From Planctomycetota bacterium (GTDB lineage: Bacteria > Planctomycetota > JAJSAM01 > JAJVHW01): a stretch of 64,000 bases of DNA. The position numbers and the translations under genes are program-made. The notes beneath the pieces were generated by a model. The model had not been told where the DNA came from, did no database searches, and saw only the letters and a program-made list of their open reading frames with translations. This document shows, piece after piece, positions 40,512-50,077 of the stretch (position 1 is the first letter of the stretch; each line of letters starts with the position of its first letter). The stretch spans positions 544,001 to 608,000 of the forward strand of contig CBDFJG010000002.1 in the NCBI GenBank assembly GCA_965248445.1. The letters are read 5' to 3'.

Positions 40512-41543
40512 CTACACGTCGCGCAGGACGCCGCGGAGCACCAGGAACGCGTGCTGCCGGTCAGGCAGTCCGTCGGTGTCGACGTCGTTCCAGTCCAGGC
40601 CCGCGAGGTCGGCGGGTCGATCCCCGTCCTCGCCGACGAACTGCGCGCCGACGAGCGTCGCCGGGGCGCCCCGGGCGCCGCGGAGGATCGCCCCCGAGAG
40701 ATCGGCTCCGTCGAAGTCCGCTCCCTCGACGAGCGCCTGCGACAGGTCGGCGTCGCGCAGGTCCGCATTGCAGAGGTGTGCGTCGCGCAGGTCGGCGCCG
40801 CGCAGGCTGACCCCGCGCAGACGCGCGTTGCGAAGTGACGCGCCGTGGAGCGAGAACCCGGAGAGGTCGACGTCGCGGAGGTCCGCGCCGAGCAGGTCCT
40901 GGCCGGCCAGGTCCTTGGCCTCGAGCAGTCTGCGGAGCGTCGCGATGTCCACGTGTCGCACGACGTAGCGCTCCTCGGTCCACGGATCGGCGCCGTTGTG
41001 GTAGCCGGCGGTCCGCTCCCAGTATCCGAGCTTGTCCTCCTGCAGCAGTTCGATGCGCCGCAGCCACTTCACCGACTTGAAGAAGTAGCGCGTGAACAAG
41101 ACAGAGCGAACCGGACCACCGTGCTCGGCCGGAAGCGGGATCGGACCGCCGCCCAGGTCTACGTGATCCGCGATCAGCACGTCGTTGCGCGCGATCTCGA
41201 TGGGCAGCGTCGTGTCGTGTCCGCGGCCGGACACGAACCGGACGAACCGCGTCTTCTTCTTCGGTCGTGCGCGATCGAGCAACTCCGAGAGAGCGACGCC
41301 GCCGAACGCCGTGTCCGGGCGCGACCAGCGCGTCACGCAGTGGATCGTGCCGCTCCGCGTCGTGCGAGGGAGACCGGCGAACGCGTCGTGCGAGAGGGTG
41401 AGCGGTTCCTTCACGAGGCCATCGACGGCCAGCGACCAAGTGCGGGCGTCGAACTCCTCGGGTTCCCGTTCGCCGATGCGCGGGAACGCGCGGGTCGACA
41501 GCTGGTTCGGGGGCAGGCGAGGCTCCTTCGCCACCTTGCCCAT
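40512..41543 (-). CDS. Sulfite-oxidase/MsrP-like molybdopterin oxidoreductase fused to pentapeptide repeats
   Basis: LPPNQ, IHCVTRWS, EHGGPVR, YFFKSVKWL, GYWE..GYH, then ADLRD/ADLS pentapeptide repeats. Confidence 0.9.
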   Translation of the reverse strand: MGKVAKEPRLPPNQLSTRAFPRIGEREPEEFDARTWSLAVDGLVKEPLTLSHDAFAGLPRTTRSGTIHCVTRWSRPDTAFGGVALSELLDRARPKKKTRFVRFVSGRGHDTTLPIEIARNDVLIADHVDLGGGPIPLPAEHGGPVRSVLFTRYFFKSVKWLRRIELLQEDKLGYWERTAGYHNGADPWTEERYVVRHVDIATLRRLLEAKDLAGQDLLGADLRDVDLSGFSLHGASLRNARLRGVSLRGADLRDAHLCNADLRDADLSQALVEGADFDGADLSGAILRGARGAPATLVGAQFVGEDGDRPADLAGLDWNDVDTDGLPDRQHAFLVLRGVLRDV

Positions 41544-42247
41544 CAGCGCGCGAGGACCTTGTCGACGAACGTCTTCACGATGTCGGCGGCGCGGTTCATC
41601 TCGGGTTCGATGTGCGCACGGCGCGCGGCGAGCTGCTTGAACGAGTGATCGCCGCCGGGGACGACGTGCAGCGCACCCGGCAAGCGCAGCGACTTCCGCT
41701 TGCGCCGCAGGATGTCGAGATTGCAGAGCGCGTCGCGGTCGCCCTGGACGAACAACATCGGGGCGTGGACCGACTTCAGGTGATCCACGCGCAGCTGGTC
41801 TTGCTTGCCGGCGGGATGGAGCGGGTAGCCGAGGAAGATCAGCCCTGACGGCTGCACGCGGCCCGCCGCGACCAGCATCGAGGCGACGCGCCCCCCCATG
41901 CTCTTGCCGCCGAGGAACAGCGGTCCTGGGGGCGAGCCCGTGCGCTGGGACGATGCCGCCACGACATCGTGGTAGCAGTCGACGAGGAGATCCATCTTGT
42001 CGGGGGGCCGCCGTCCGCCTCCGACCGAGCGCTCCATGTAGGGGAAGTTCCAGCGCACGACGCCGATGCCGCGCTCGGCGAGCGCCGCGGCAAACCACTC
42101 CATGAACTCCGAGCGCACTCCGGCGCCGGCGCCATGCCCGAGCATGACGACGGGGGTCGTCTTGGCGATGTACTCCTGCGGGACGTCGATCACCGTCTGG
42201 ATCGCGCCGCCCCGGCGAAGCCTCAACGAGAAGCAGTGCTCGGCCAC
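41543..42247 (-). CDS. Alpha/beta hydrolase (KANSL3/Tex30-like)
   Basis: HGAGAG, GGKSMGGR, GYPLHP, QGDRD and GGDHSF motifs. Confidence 0.92.
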   Translation of the reverse strand: MAEHCFSLRLRRGGAIQTVIDVPQEYIAKTTPVVMLGHGAGAGVRSEFMEWFAAALAERGIGVVRWNFPYMERSVGGGRRPPDKMDLLVDCYHDVVAASSQRTGSPPGPLFLGGKSMGGRVASMLVAAGRVQPSGLIFLGYPLHPAGKQDQLRVDHLKSVHAPMLFVQGDRDALCNLDILRRKRKSLRLPGALHVVPGGDHSFKQLAARRAHIEPEMNRAADIVKTFVDKVLAR

Positions 42248-42295
42248 GGGATCATTGTGACGGCAGGTGGGGGACAGGGGAACAGGTTGGGGCCG

Positions 42296-44164
42296 TTACT
42301 CGCCGGTGTCGTCGGCGCCGCGGCTCCGGATGAGCCGGACGCGCTTGGGGGGCCAGACGATCATGACCGGCTTGCCCACGAGACGGCTCCGGTGCACGGC
42401 TTGCTTCTCGCGGCTGTCCTGGCTGTTGCTCGAGTTGTCACCCAGCATGAAGAAGTCGTCCGGACCGAGCACCCACTCGTCGTCGTCGTAGTCGCTGGTC
42501 CAGTGCACATCCCGCTCGATGCGCGTGATCCGTGCCCGGGCGCCGCCGCCCGTGATCCGGACCTCGAAGTTGCCCGAGGGCGCCTGGCGGCGGGGGTACT
42601 CGGGCTGGGGCTGCTCGCTCTCGGCGTGCACGTCGTCTACGTCCAGGCGGATGATCCGGTCCACGTAGGCGAGCCGGACGTCGTAGTCCTCACCGGGCTT
42701 GATGCGCCCCTCGATACGGAACACCTGCTCGTCGTCGACGCGCAGCTCGATCGAGCCGTCGGACGCCGAGAGGATGGCGTCGACCCAGACCGACCCGCGG
42801 GCCAACCGCACGGTGATCTTCGAGTCGGCGTCGACCGGTCGGACGGTCAGCGAGAACCGCGCGTCGGGCACCTCCGGGAAGCCGTCGCGATCCTCGCCGG
42901 TCAGTTCGTCGTACGTGCGGTCGTCGACCGGCTCTATCAGGCGGAGGATCCCCTCGCCCCGCCCGCTGTCTCCCTCTGTGGGCGTCCCCTCGAATGTGCC
43001 GTCGGTGTGCAGCAGCCAGCGGCCCGTGGCCGACGTGAACAGGTCGGTCAGCCGGTCGCGGAACTCTTCGATGGCAAGTTCCTGATCGTCTTCGGCGTCT
43101 GTGCGGGCCCGCCGCCACTCCCCGCGCAGCGTCCACCAAGGGAAGAGCATCTCCTCGTAGAACCTGTCCCGCTTTCGCATCAGCCGCCCGGACAGATAGA
43201 TGTCGCCCTCGCGAATGCGCAGCCGGTCGCCCGGCAGGCCCATACACCGCTTGACGTAATTCTTCCGTTCGGTGCCCCACCCGTCGAACACGACGATCTC
43301 ACCGCGCTTGGGGGTCTTCGTGAGCCGGTTGACGAGGATGCGGTCGCCGTCCCGCTTGTCTCCGTGCAGCGTCGGCTCCATCGACCGCGTGGGGATGTGA
43401 TACGCGGACAACACCTGCAACCGCACGAACACGATGACGCCGAAGATCAGCAGCAGTATCCACGCGTCGTGTGCGAGCGATCCCTTCAGCGACTCGACCA
43501 GGCTCTGCGGGAACAGGTACGCCCGGCGCCCGGATGCGACGCGCCGCAAGTCGGTGCGCACCCGGTACGCGTCGCCGAAGTCCTTCACTGCCGCCTTCAG
43601 TGCGTCCTTCTCCGGCTCGCCCCCGTGCATGCGCGCCGCGACCGAGTCGGCCAGATGCTCCGCGACCTCGCGCCCCATGCGCGCGGCGAGAGGCGGGGAG
43701 TGGGCGAGCCCCGACGCGGCGCGCTCGGCGACCCGGCGGATCGATCTCGCGGAAGTCGCCGGCATACCGTCGAGTGCGAACGACATGTCGCCACTCACCC
43801 GGCCCGGCGCAGGGTCCCGGCCGTTGGCAGACGTCAACGCGTACGCGACGCGGGCGCCGGCCGGGCCTGGTATCGACGTGGGGGCTGCGCGTCCCTCCGC
43901 CGTCATGCGCAGCAGAAGGGGATGCAGCAGCCCTGCCCGGCGCGAGAGGAAGTCCGGCCAGGCCTCCTCGAAGCGGTGAGCGATCGCTGAGACGGACACC
44001 GGGCCATCCTGCAGGATCTCGGCCACGAGTCCCGCGGGGCTGGGCGCCTCGTCGGCACCCCCACCGGCGTCAGACGGGTCGGCGGCCTCGTCGTCCGTGC
44101 CACGGACGGGAGTGTCGACCGGAGAGTCGGCGGGGCGGTCGGCGGTGGGGAGGGTCTCGCTCAT
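42296..44164 (-). CDS. lepB: Signal peptidase I with N-terminal PadR-like and permease-prefix/HAAS-like domains
   Basis: IPTRSMEPTL (Ser), NYVKRCMGLPGD (Lys), FFMLGDNSSNSQDSR; about 230-aa N-terminal extension before the TM helix. Confidence 0.9.
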   Translation of the reverse strand: MSETLPTADRPADSPVDTPVRGTDDEAADPSDAGGGADEAPSPAGLVAEILQDGPVSVSAIAHRFEEAWPDFLSRRAGLLHPLLLRMTAEGRAAPTSIPGPAGARVAYALTSANGRDPAPGRVSGDMSFALDGMPATSARSIRRVAERAASGLAHSPPLAARMGREVAEHLADSVAARMHGGEPEKDALKAAVKDFGDAYRVRTDLRRVASGRRAYLFPQSLVESLKGSLAHDAWILLLIFGVIVFVRLQVLSAYHIPTRSMEPTLHGDKRDGDRILVNRLTKTPKRGEIVVFDGWGTERKNYVKRCMGLPGDRLRIREGDIYLSGRLMRKRDRFYEEMLFPWWTLRGEWRRARTDAEDDQELAIEEFRDRLTDLFTSATGRWLLHTDGTFEGTPTEGDSGRGEGILRLIEPVDDRTYDELTGEDRDGFPEVPDARFSLTVRPVDADSKITVRLARGSVWVDAILSASDGSIELRVDDEQVFRIEGRIKPGEDYDVRLAYVDRIIRLDVDDVHAESEQPQPEYPRRQAPSGNFEVRITGGGARARITRIERDVHWTSDYDDDEWVLGPDDFFMLGDNSSNSQDSREKQAVHRSRLVGKPVMIVWPPKRVRLIRSRGADDTGE

Positions 44165-44231
44165 CGGGGCTCGGACGGCTGATTGGACGGCCTACCCCGC
44201 TCCATCTGGAAGGACCAAGCGCCGGACACGC

Positions 44232-44828
44232 TCAGGACGGCGTCGCCGTCTCGTCCGTCGGCGTTCGCCGCAGCAGGACCAACAGCGCCACGAAGTCGTA
44301 GAGCGCGTGGACCAGGATCGGCGCGATCAGGTTCTCCGTCCAGAGCAGAAGAGCGCCGAGCAGCGCGCCGATCACGGTCGCCATGACGGCGTACCAGCGC
44401 GTGACGGCATGCACCATCCCGAATGCCACGGACGCCGCGGCCAGCGCGCCGAGCGGCCCGAGCGACTCGGCGAGCCAGGTCTGGAGCCAGCCGCGGAACA
44501 GGATCTCCTCGCCCAGTCCTGCGAGCACCGAAATCGCGAGTAACTCGTCCCATGTGCACTTGCCGAAGAGCGGGAGCAGGTACTCGTCGATGACCTGTCG
44601 CACCTCTGCGATCGGTCCCGAGCGTGCCCGCGCGGTGATGAAGGGAAGTGGGAGCAGCACTGCCGTCACGCCGAGGGCAAGGGCAATGTCCGTCCACCCG
44701 CCCTGTAGCAGCGGCAGCAAGCGCGTTCCGGTGAGCGCGGCGAGGGCGAACGCCGTGACGACGAGCCCTCCCTCGAACACCGCTCCGACGAGAAACGCCC
44801 GTCGCGCAACTTCCCGGTCGCTCTGCAT
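44232..44828 (-). CDS. CPBP (Abi/CAAX) family intramembrane metalloprotease
   Basis: EEILFRG, FGMVH and HALYD motifs; multiple TM helices. Confidence 0.93.
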   Translation of the reverse strand: MQSDREVARRAFLVGAVFEGGLVVTAFALAALTGTRLLPLLQGGWTDIALALGVTAVLLPLPFITARARSGPIAEVRQVIDEYLLPLFGKCTWDELLAISVLAGLGEEILFRGWLQTWLAESLGPLGALAAASVAFGMVHAVTRWYAVMATVIGALLGALLLWTENLIAPILVHALYDFVALLVLLRRTPTDETATPS

Positions 44829-44896
44829 CGACGGGAGGGTACCTGCGCTAGACAGCTATCGAGGCGCGTGCCCCTACGTGCGTGCGGCGAGAGCTC

Positions 44897-46384
44897 TTAG
44901 AGCCGCTCGACGTAGCGGCGCCAGTCGCGCTCGAGCGAGTCGATGTCGTCGCCGAAGAACTCGGCGAACTCGGCGATCCGCTCGTGGACACCGCCCTTGC
45001 GCGCCGTGATCAGCTTGGATTCGCGCACGTAGCGGCTGAACGCGTCGGCGTGGCGGCGGGTGAGGTAGTGCGCCAGCGACCACGCCTCTGCGTAGACGAG
45101 AGACGCGCTGACGTCCGGGTCGTTGAACATCTCGCCCGTGACGATGCGGCGCAGGTCGCCGCCGATGCTCTGCGCCCAGTATCTCCGGACGTCGCGCAGT
45201 CGGCCGCGGTTCGGAGCTTCCAGGACGAAGTCCTGCTTCGAGTCGAGCTCGAACAGCGTCGCCAGTCCCTCCGTGAGCCAGCGCGGCTCGCCCATTCGGC
45301 CGACGCCGGTTGCGAACGCGAGCTGATGGCAGGCCTCGTGCGTCGTCGACGCGAGCGACTCGCGGCTCTCCCAGCCCCGCAATTCTTGTCCGAAGTCGCG
45401 CAGCTGGCCGGCGCGGGCGTCGAGCTTCTGGCGCTGCTCCTCCACCCAAGTGCGCGCCGCTTCGATCTCCTGCTTGAGCTGCTGGCGCTTCGCGAGGACG
45501 TCGACGGTGCGCTCGGTCATCGCGTCGAGCCGTTCCTCGAGAAGATCGAGCTCCTCCTCGTGCGCATCGACTTCCCGCCGGGTCTTTTCGAGTGCGGCGA
45601 TCTCGGTCTCGAGCTTCTCTCCCGCCTCGCGCGCTTGCGGCGACTGCGACGGATCGAACAACATCACGCGGCCGCTCTTCCCGACGAATAGGCCGCTCAT
45701 CCCGCGCAGCAGATCGCGCGAGACCCCCGTTGCGCGGACCCAGCGGTCATGGTCGCTGAACAGCATGATCTCGCGCCGCGACGGGATCGTCTTCGGCTCG
45801 ACTTGCAGCACGTAGGCGAGTTCGTGGAACTTGCTCCACGCCATCTCCAGCAGATCGCCGCGCAGTCGCGCGCTCTGGTGCGAGACGTCGTGCACGATAA
45901 TGAAGTGGTTCGTGCGCACGATCGTCGCGCCCTTGCCGAACTCGCTCACGAGGCGCTCGACGGAGCCCTCCTCGTCCGGCAACGCGTCGCGCAGCACGCG
46001 CCGGCGTTCCAGCGCCTCCGAGAGCACCGCGTCGTCCGGAGCGCTCTTGGCGGCATCGCGCAGGATCGTGTTGGCCAGGGAGGTCAGGCCGGCGGCGTCC
46101 GCCTCGGCCACCAACTCGAGCGCGCGCTCACTGTCCTCGGGGCCCAGCTCGAGCACGGCCTTGCGCAGCCGCTCCTCGTGGGTCTCCTTGCGCTCGATCC
46201 GATCGACGCTTTTCAGGGGGAAGGTCAGCGTCCCCGTAGAGAGCTCGACTCGGACGGTGTCGCCGTCCTCGGTCACGCGGCCCTCCACGCGGCCACCGTT
46301 CTTGAGGTGCACCACGTCAGCTGTGGCGATGGCCGCGAGGGCCAGCACCAATGCGCAGCGGGCGAAGGACTCGAGCTTGGACAT
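44897..46384 (-). CDS. Secreted DUF1570-like zincin metallopeptidase with coiled-coil insert
   Basis: Signal peptide, DVVHLKNGGRVEG, HEACHQL, WLTEGLATLFE and YAEAWSLAHYL. Confidence 0.85.
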   Translation of the reverse strand: MSKLESFARCALVLALAAIATADVVHLKNGGRVEGRVTEDGDTVRVELSTGTLTFPLKSVDRIERKETHEERLRKAVLELGPEDSERALELVAEADAAGLTSLANTILRDAAKSAPDDAVLSEALERRRVLRDALPDEEGSVERLVSEFGKGATIVRTNHFIIVHDVSHQSARLRGDLLEMAWSKFHELAYVLQVEPKTIPSRREIMLFSDHDRWVRATGVSRDLLRGMSGLFVGKSGRVMLFDPSQSPQAREAGEKLETEIAALEKTRREVDAHEEELDLLEERLDAMTERTVDVLAKRQQLKQEIEAARTWVEEQRQKLDARAGQLRDFGQELRGWESRESLASTTHEACHQLAFATGVGRMGEPRWLTEGLATLFELDSKQDFVLEAPNRGRLRDVRRYWAQSIGGDLRRIVTGEMFNDPDVSASLVYAEAWSLAHYLTRRHADAFSRYVRESKLITARKGGVHERIAEFAEFFGDDIDSLERDWRRYVERL

Positions 46385-46458
46385 GACCTTCTCGGATCGG
46401 CACGGGGGACCCGCAGAGTCGAGCGCTAATCTCGGTAAATGCACGATCGGAGCCTGAG

Positions 46459-46831
46459 ATGGGTGCGTCGCGGAGCCTGGATGTGCCTCGGCGTCGGCCT
46501 CCTCCCCGGCTGGCGGGGGGACCTCGCTCCGGTGCCGCACGGGTCCGTCCTGGCCGCAGCGCGTGCCTCGCCGAGCGGCTCCGTCGTGGGCGTCGAGGTC
46601 CGCGACGCGGCTGGGGGGACGTGGCATGCGCAGTATGTCGGGAGCGGGGCGGCGAGGGTGCTGCGCGGCCTCGGGCTCGGCGGATCGGTGGCGTCCCTCG
46701 TGCCGCCGGACCACGCGGCGCGGATCGTCGACGGCAAGGGGGCGGGCTACTACGCCGTCGAACCGTCGATGCGATGGCCGTGGTGGTGGCCCGGCGGCGG
46801 CGTTGACTGGATCAGCGCGGAGGCTGACTGA
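46459..46831 (+). CDS. Hypothetical small protein (start uncertain)
   Basis: Protein-like frame VVGVEVRDAAGGTW...GYYAVEPSMRWPWWW (ORF 46439..46831). Confidence 0.4.
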
Positions 46832-47112
46832 TTGGTCGAGGGGCCAGGAATCGTCCTCTTCCGAGGTCGCTTCGCGGCTCCGAGTGTCCTCGCATGGAGA
46901 CACCAGTTCCAAAGGCGCACGCGGCACGTCCGCTGCTGGCTTTCAGACGGGAAATCGGGAGACGGAGGAGCGATCCTCCGGTCTCTCCGTGCACACCGGG
47001 CGAATGCACGCTGGAACCCGTGCGCGTACCGAGCAGTCGGATGGATCGTTATGGACCGGACAAGTCGAGACGGATGTTGGGCCCGGCTGAGCCGGGAGAG
47101 GTGAGTACGAGA

Positions 47113-48756
47113 ATGAGCAACAAGACGAACTGGACGCTGGTGCTGAGCCTCGGGGTCGCGATCTTCGCCGCCCCCGCGGCATGGGCGCCCGTCGTGCCGA
47201 CGGCGCAAGCCGCCGACACGACTCCCGCGGACTGGGAGAAGCAGTGGGACCGCAAGCTCAAGGAAGCGGCGAAGAAGTACATCTCGCTGTCCAACAAGTG
47301 CGCCAAGGTGGGGCTCGAGCGGACCGGCTCGATGGTGCGCCGCCACGCGCTGCGCTACCAGGGTGAGGACTCCGAGCTGCGCTCGTATTTCGGGTATGAG
47401 AAGCGCGAGGGGGAGTGGGTGGTCGCCAACGAGATCGTCCGCGATCAGCTGAAAGCCCTGATCGACGACGCGGACCCCAACAACGCGAAGTTCCAGAAGA
47501 CCCTGATGAGGACTCACGACACGGTCGCGAAGCTCTTCAAGGGACTCGCCGCGAAGGCCACCAGGATGGCGCGGGACGACGCCGAGAACAAGTCGAAGTG
47601 GGAGGAGTTCGCGATCCGCGGCTGGCAGCTCACCATCGAGAGCGCCGCCCCGGGCAGCAAGCTCGCCGTCGAGGGCCACAAGGCGCTCGGCCACCCCAAG
47701 TTCGGCGGCAAGTACGTCTGGCCGGAGTACCTCGACCACGTCAAGGCGCGCAAGGAGTCCAAGCTCGCCGGCGAAGCGATCGCCGCGAAGGAGTACCCCA
47801 CTGAGCCGATCGAGCCGGAAGGCCTGATCGTCGAGGCCGGCTTCAGCCCGCAGGGCATGAAGTCCAAGCACTTCGTCATCAACTCGACGCACGGGGTCGA
47901 GCACGCAAAGCGGCTCGCCATGTGGGCCGAGCGCGCGGTGGACGACATGATCGATCGCTACGGGCTACCCGAGAACGTCCGCGAGCGTCATGGCCTGCGC
48001 AAGCTCGACATCCTGAAGGGGGGTGACGACGAGCTGCGCCAGTACCTGATGAAGGGTGCGAAGTGGGAGAAGAGGCGCGTCGATACCACGCTCAAGCGCG
48101 GCATCCACGGCACGAGCGCGCAGTCCGGCACGTATGTCGCGGGTGCCGGACTCGGTGCGAGCGCCGACGACATCGTGATCCACCGCACGTCGCACGCCGT
48201 GACGGCGGCCACGAGGGCCCTCGCGCTCGCCGATGTCGGCCCCCACATCGGCCACGACCCCAATTCGACCGAGCCCTGGCTGGACGAGACGATCACCAGT
48301 GACGTGTCGCGCCGTCTGACGGCGAACGTGGTGTGGCGCTGCATCTCGTTCGGACGGTACGGGAACGACTTGCCGGCCCGCCCGGGCACGGACGTCTGGA
48401 TCAGCCTCGCCCGCCGCCAGGTTGTCCTCGACAACGATGTCGACATGAAGGACCTCTGGCGGAAGCCGTCGATGAATGAACTCGACGGTCCTTCGACCGT
48501 CAAGGGCTACGCGATGGTGCAGTTCCTCTTCGAGGACGACGCCGTCAAGGCGCAGAAGTTCATCTGGCACGCGCTGGCGCACGGCACACCTGCCGGCGTC
48601 GTCGAGGTGTACGGCGACTGGCTCGGCACACCCAATCCGGGTGCGCCCGACGCCGACGCGGGTCGCGCGATGTTCATGCAGCCCGAGTACACGGACGCGA
48701 TGGACGAACTCGACCGCCGCTACCGCAAGTGGATCCTCCGCTCGTACGATGGGTGA
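47113..48756 (+). CDS. Secreted hypothetical protein (degenerate zincin-like)
   Basis: Signal peptide ending AQA-AD; HRTSH and WLDE in place of HExxH and WLxEG; strong GC3 codon bias. Confidence 0.8.
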   Translation: MSNKTNWTLVLSLGVAIFAAPAAWAPVVPTAQAADTTPADWEKQWDRKLKEAAKKYISLSNKCAKVGLERTGSMVRRHALRYQGEDSELRSYFGYEKREGEWVVANEIVRDQLKALIDDADPNNAKFQKTLMRTHDTVAKLFKGLAAKATRMARDDAENKSKWEEFAIRGWQLTIESAAPGSKLAVEGHKALGHPKFGGKYVWPEYLDHVKARKESKLAGEAIAAKEYPTEPIEPEGLIVEAGFSPQGMKSKHFVINSTHGVEHAKRLAMWAERAVDDMIDRYGLPENVRERHGLRKLDILKGGDDELRQYLMKGAKWEKRRVDTTLKRGIHGTSAQSGTYVAGAGLGASADDIVIHRTSHAVTAATRALALADVGPHIGHDPNSTEPWLDETITSDVSRRLTANVVWRCISFGRYGNDLPARPGTDVWISLARRQVVLDNDVDMKDLWRKPSMNELDGPSTVKGYAMVQFLFEDDAVKAQKFIWHALAHGTPAGVVEVYGDWLGTPNPGAPDADAGRAMFMQPEYTDAMDELDRRYRKWILRSYDG

Positions 48757-48797
48757 ATGAAGGGGCGCCACGAGCGCACCGCTTCTTACAAGACTTC

Positions 48798-49113
48798 CAA
48801 GGGGCCAGTGCTGATCGCACTGGCCACTTCCCGTACCTCCCCCGGCGCCCCTGAACGAACGGCCGCGGCCCGAGTGCGCGCGCCAGCGCACGAGGGAGCG
48901 GAAGCGGTAAACAACCGCTTCCGCAGCGGCATGGGTGAGAGCGGACCCGCCGAAGGGGTCCACCTGACCAGTTAGCACCAAGGGGCCGATGCGATCGCCT
49001 CGGCCCCAACTGACTCCTCCCCGGCGGGTCCGGTCGCACGGCCGCGGCCCGAGTGCGCGCGCCAGCGCACGAGGGAGCGGAAGCGGTAAACAACCGCTTC
49101 CGCAGCGGCATGG
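48798..49113. repeat. Two ~179-bp palindromic REP/BIME-like units with an identical 76-bp core
   Basis: The core at 48859-48934 equals 49038-49113 and contains the hairpin gcggaagcggt-aaaca-accgcttccgc; each unit starts with a variant caaggggcc...ggcc hairpin. Confidence 0.88.
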
Positions 49114-49351
49114 ACGAGGGGGGGGGGGGCGACCGTTCGGACACGCGCCGCCCCAGTCATCCCTCACGGGCGGGCGTGGGTGCCTCCACTCCGGCCTTCG
49201 GCCTCCACTCCGCGTTCGCTCGTCTCGGACTCTCCATCGGAGCGTCCGAGACGCCGCCGCGCGGCGCCCTCGCTCACACCCCGCCCCTACAGAGTCGTCC
49301 ACCTCCAACCCCCCCTTGGCCGTCCCACCAAGCCCGGTTAGACAAGACTCC

Positions 49352-50077
49352 GTGAGCGAGCCGCCGTCCCTGCCGGCCGCGCGCGTCTGTGCCGTCCTCG
49401 GCATGCACCGCAGCGGCACGAGCTTCCTCGCCGGGAGCCTGGAGGAGAAGGGTCTGGCCCTCGGGGACGTCTCGACCGAGGACCCGCACAACCGCCGGGG
49501 CAACCGCGAGCACCCGGACTTGATGCCACTTCACGACGGCGTGTTCGGGGAGAACGATGCCACCTGGAAGAAGCCGCCCCGGCGGCGGGTGACGTGGTCG
49601 CCGGCGCGCGAGGCTGCGCTCGCGGCGTTCATCGCACGCATGAACGGCCAGTACCGCGTTTGGGGCTTCAAGGACCCGCGGGCGCTCCTGCTCTTCGCGG
49701 AGTGGCGTCGCCAGGTGCCGCACCTCGAGCGGGTCGGGATCTACCGGCATCCGCTCGCGGTGCACCGCTCGCTCGCCTCGCGCAACCCGCGCTTCGATGA
49801 GAGGCGATCACTCAAGCTCTGGAAGGCCTACAACCAGGCACTCGTGGACGAGCACAAGCGCGCGCCGTTCCCGATCATGCGATTCGACGTCTCCGCCTCG
49901 CGCCTGCGTGACGACGTGGAGAGGCTCGTGAAGTCGCTCGACCTGCCGGATGCGGGCGCGACGGCGACGTTCTTCGATGCGTCTCTCGTCCACCAGTCCG
50001 ACGCCGCCGAGGAACCGGTCCCGCGGACGTGCCGCAAGCTGTGGGACTACCTCGAGGCGCAGGTCGGGGCGGTGTGA
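49352..50077 (+). CDS. Sulfotransferase family protein
   Basis: LGMHRSGTS, WGFKDPR and RHPLAVHRSL motifs. Confidence 0.9.
   Translation: MSEPPSLPAARVCAVLGMHRSGTSFLAGSLEEKGLALGDVSTEDPHNRRGNREHPDLMPLHDGVFGENDATWKKPPRRRVTWSPAREAALAAFIARMNGQYRVWGFKDPRALLLFAEWRRQVPHLERVGIYRHPLAVHRSLASRNPRFDERRSLKLWKAYNQALVDEHKRAPFPIMRFDVSASRLRDDVERLVKSLDLPDAGATATFFDASLVHQSDAAEEPVPRTCRKLWDYLEAQVGAV

Noticed and set aside
48859..49113. Possible CRISPR array
   Set aside because: Only two 76-bp copies, the spacer is itself partly repeated, and there are no cas genes in the window.
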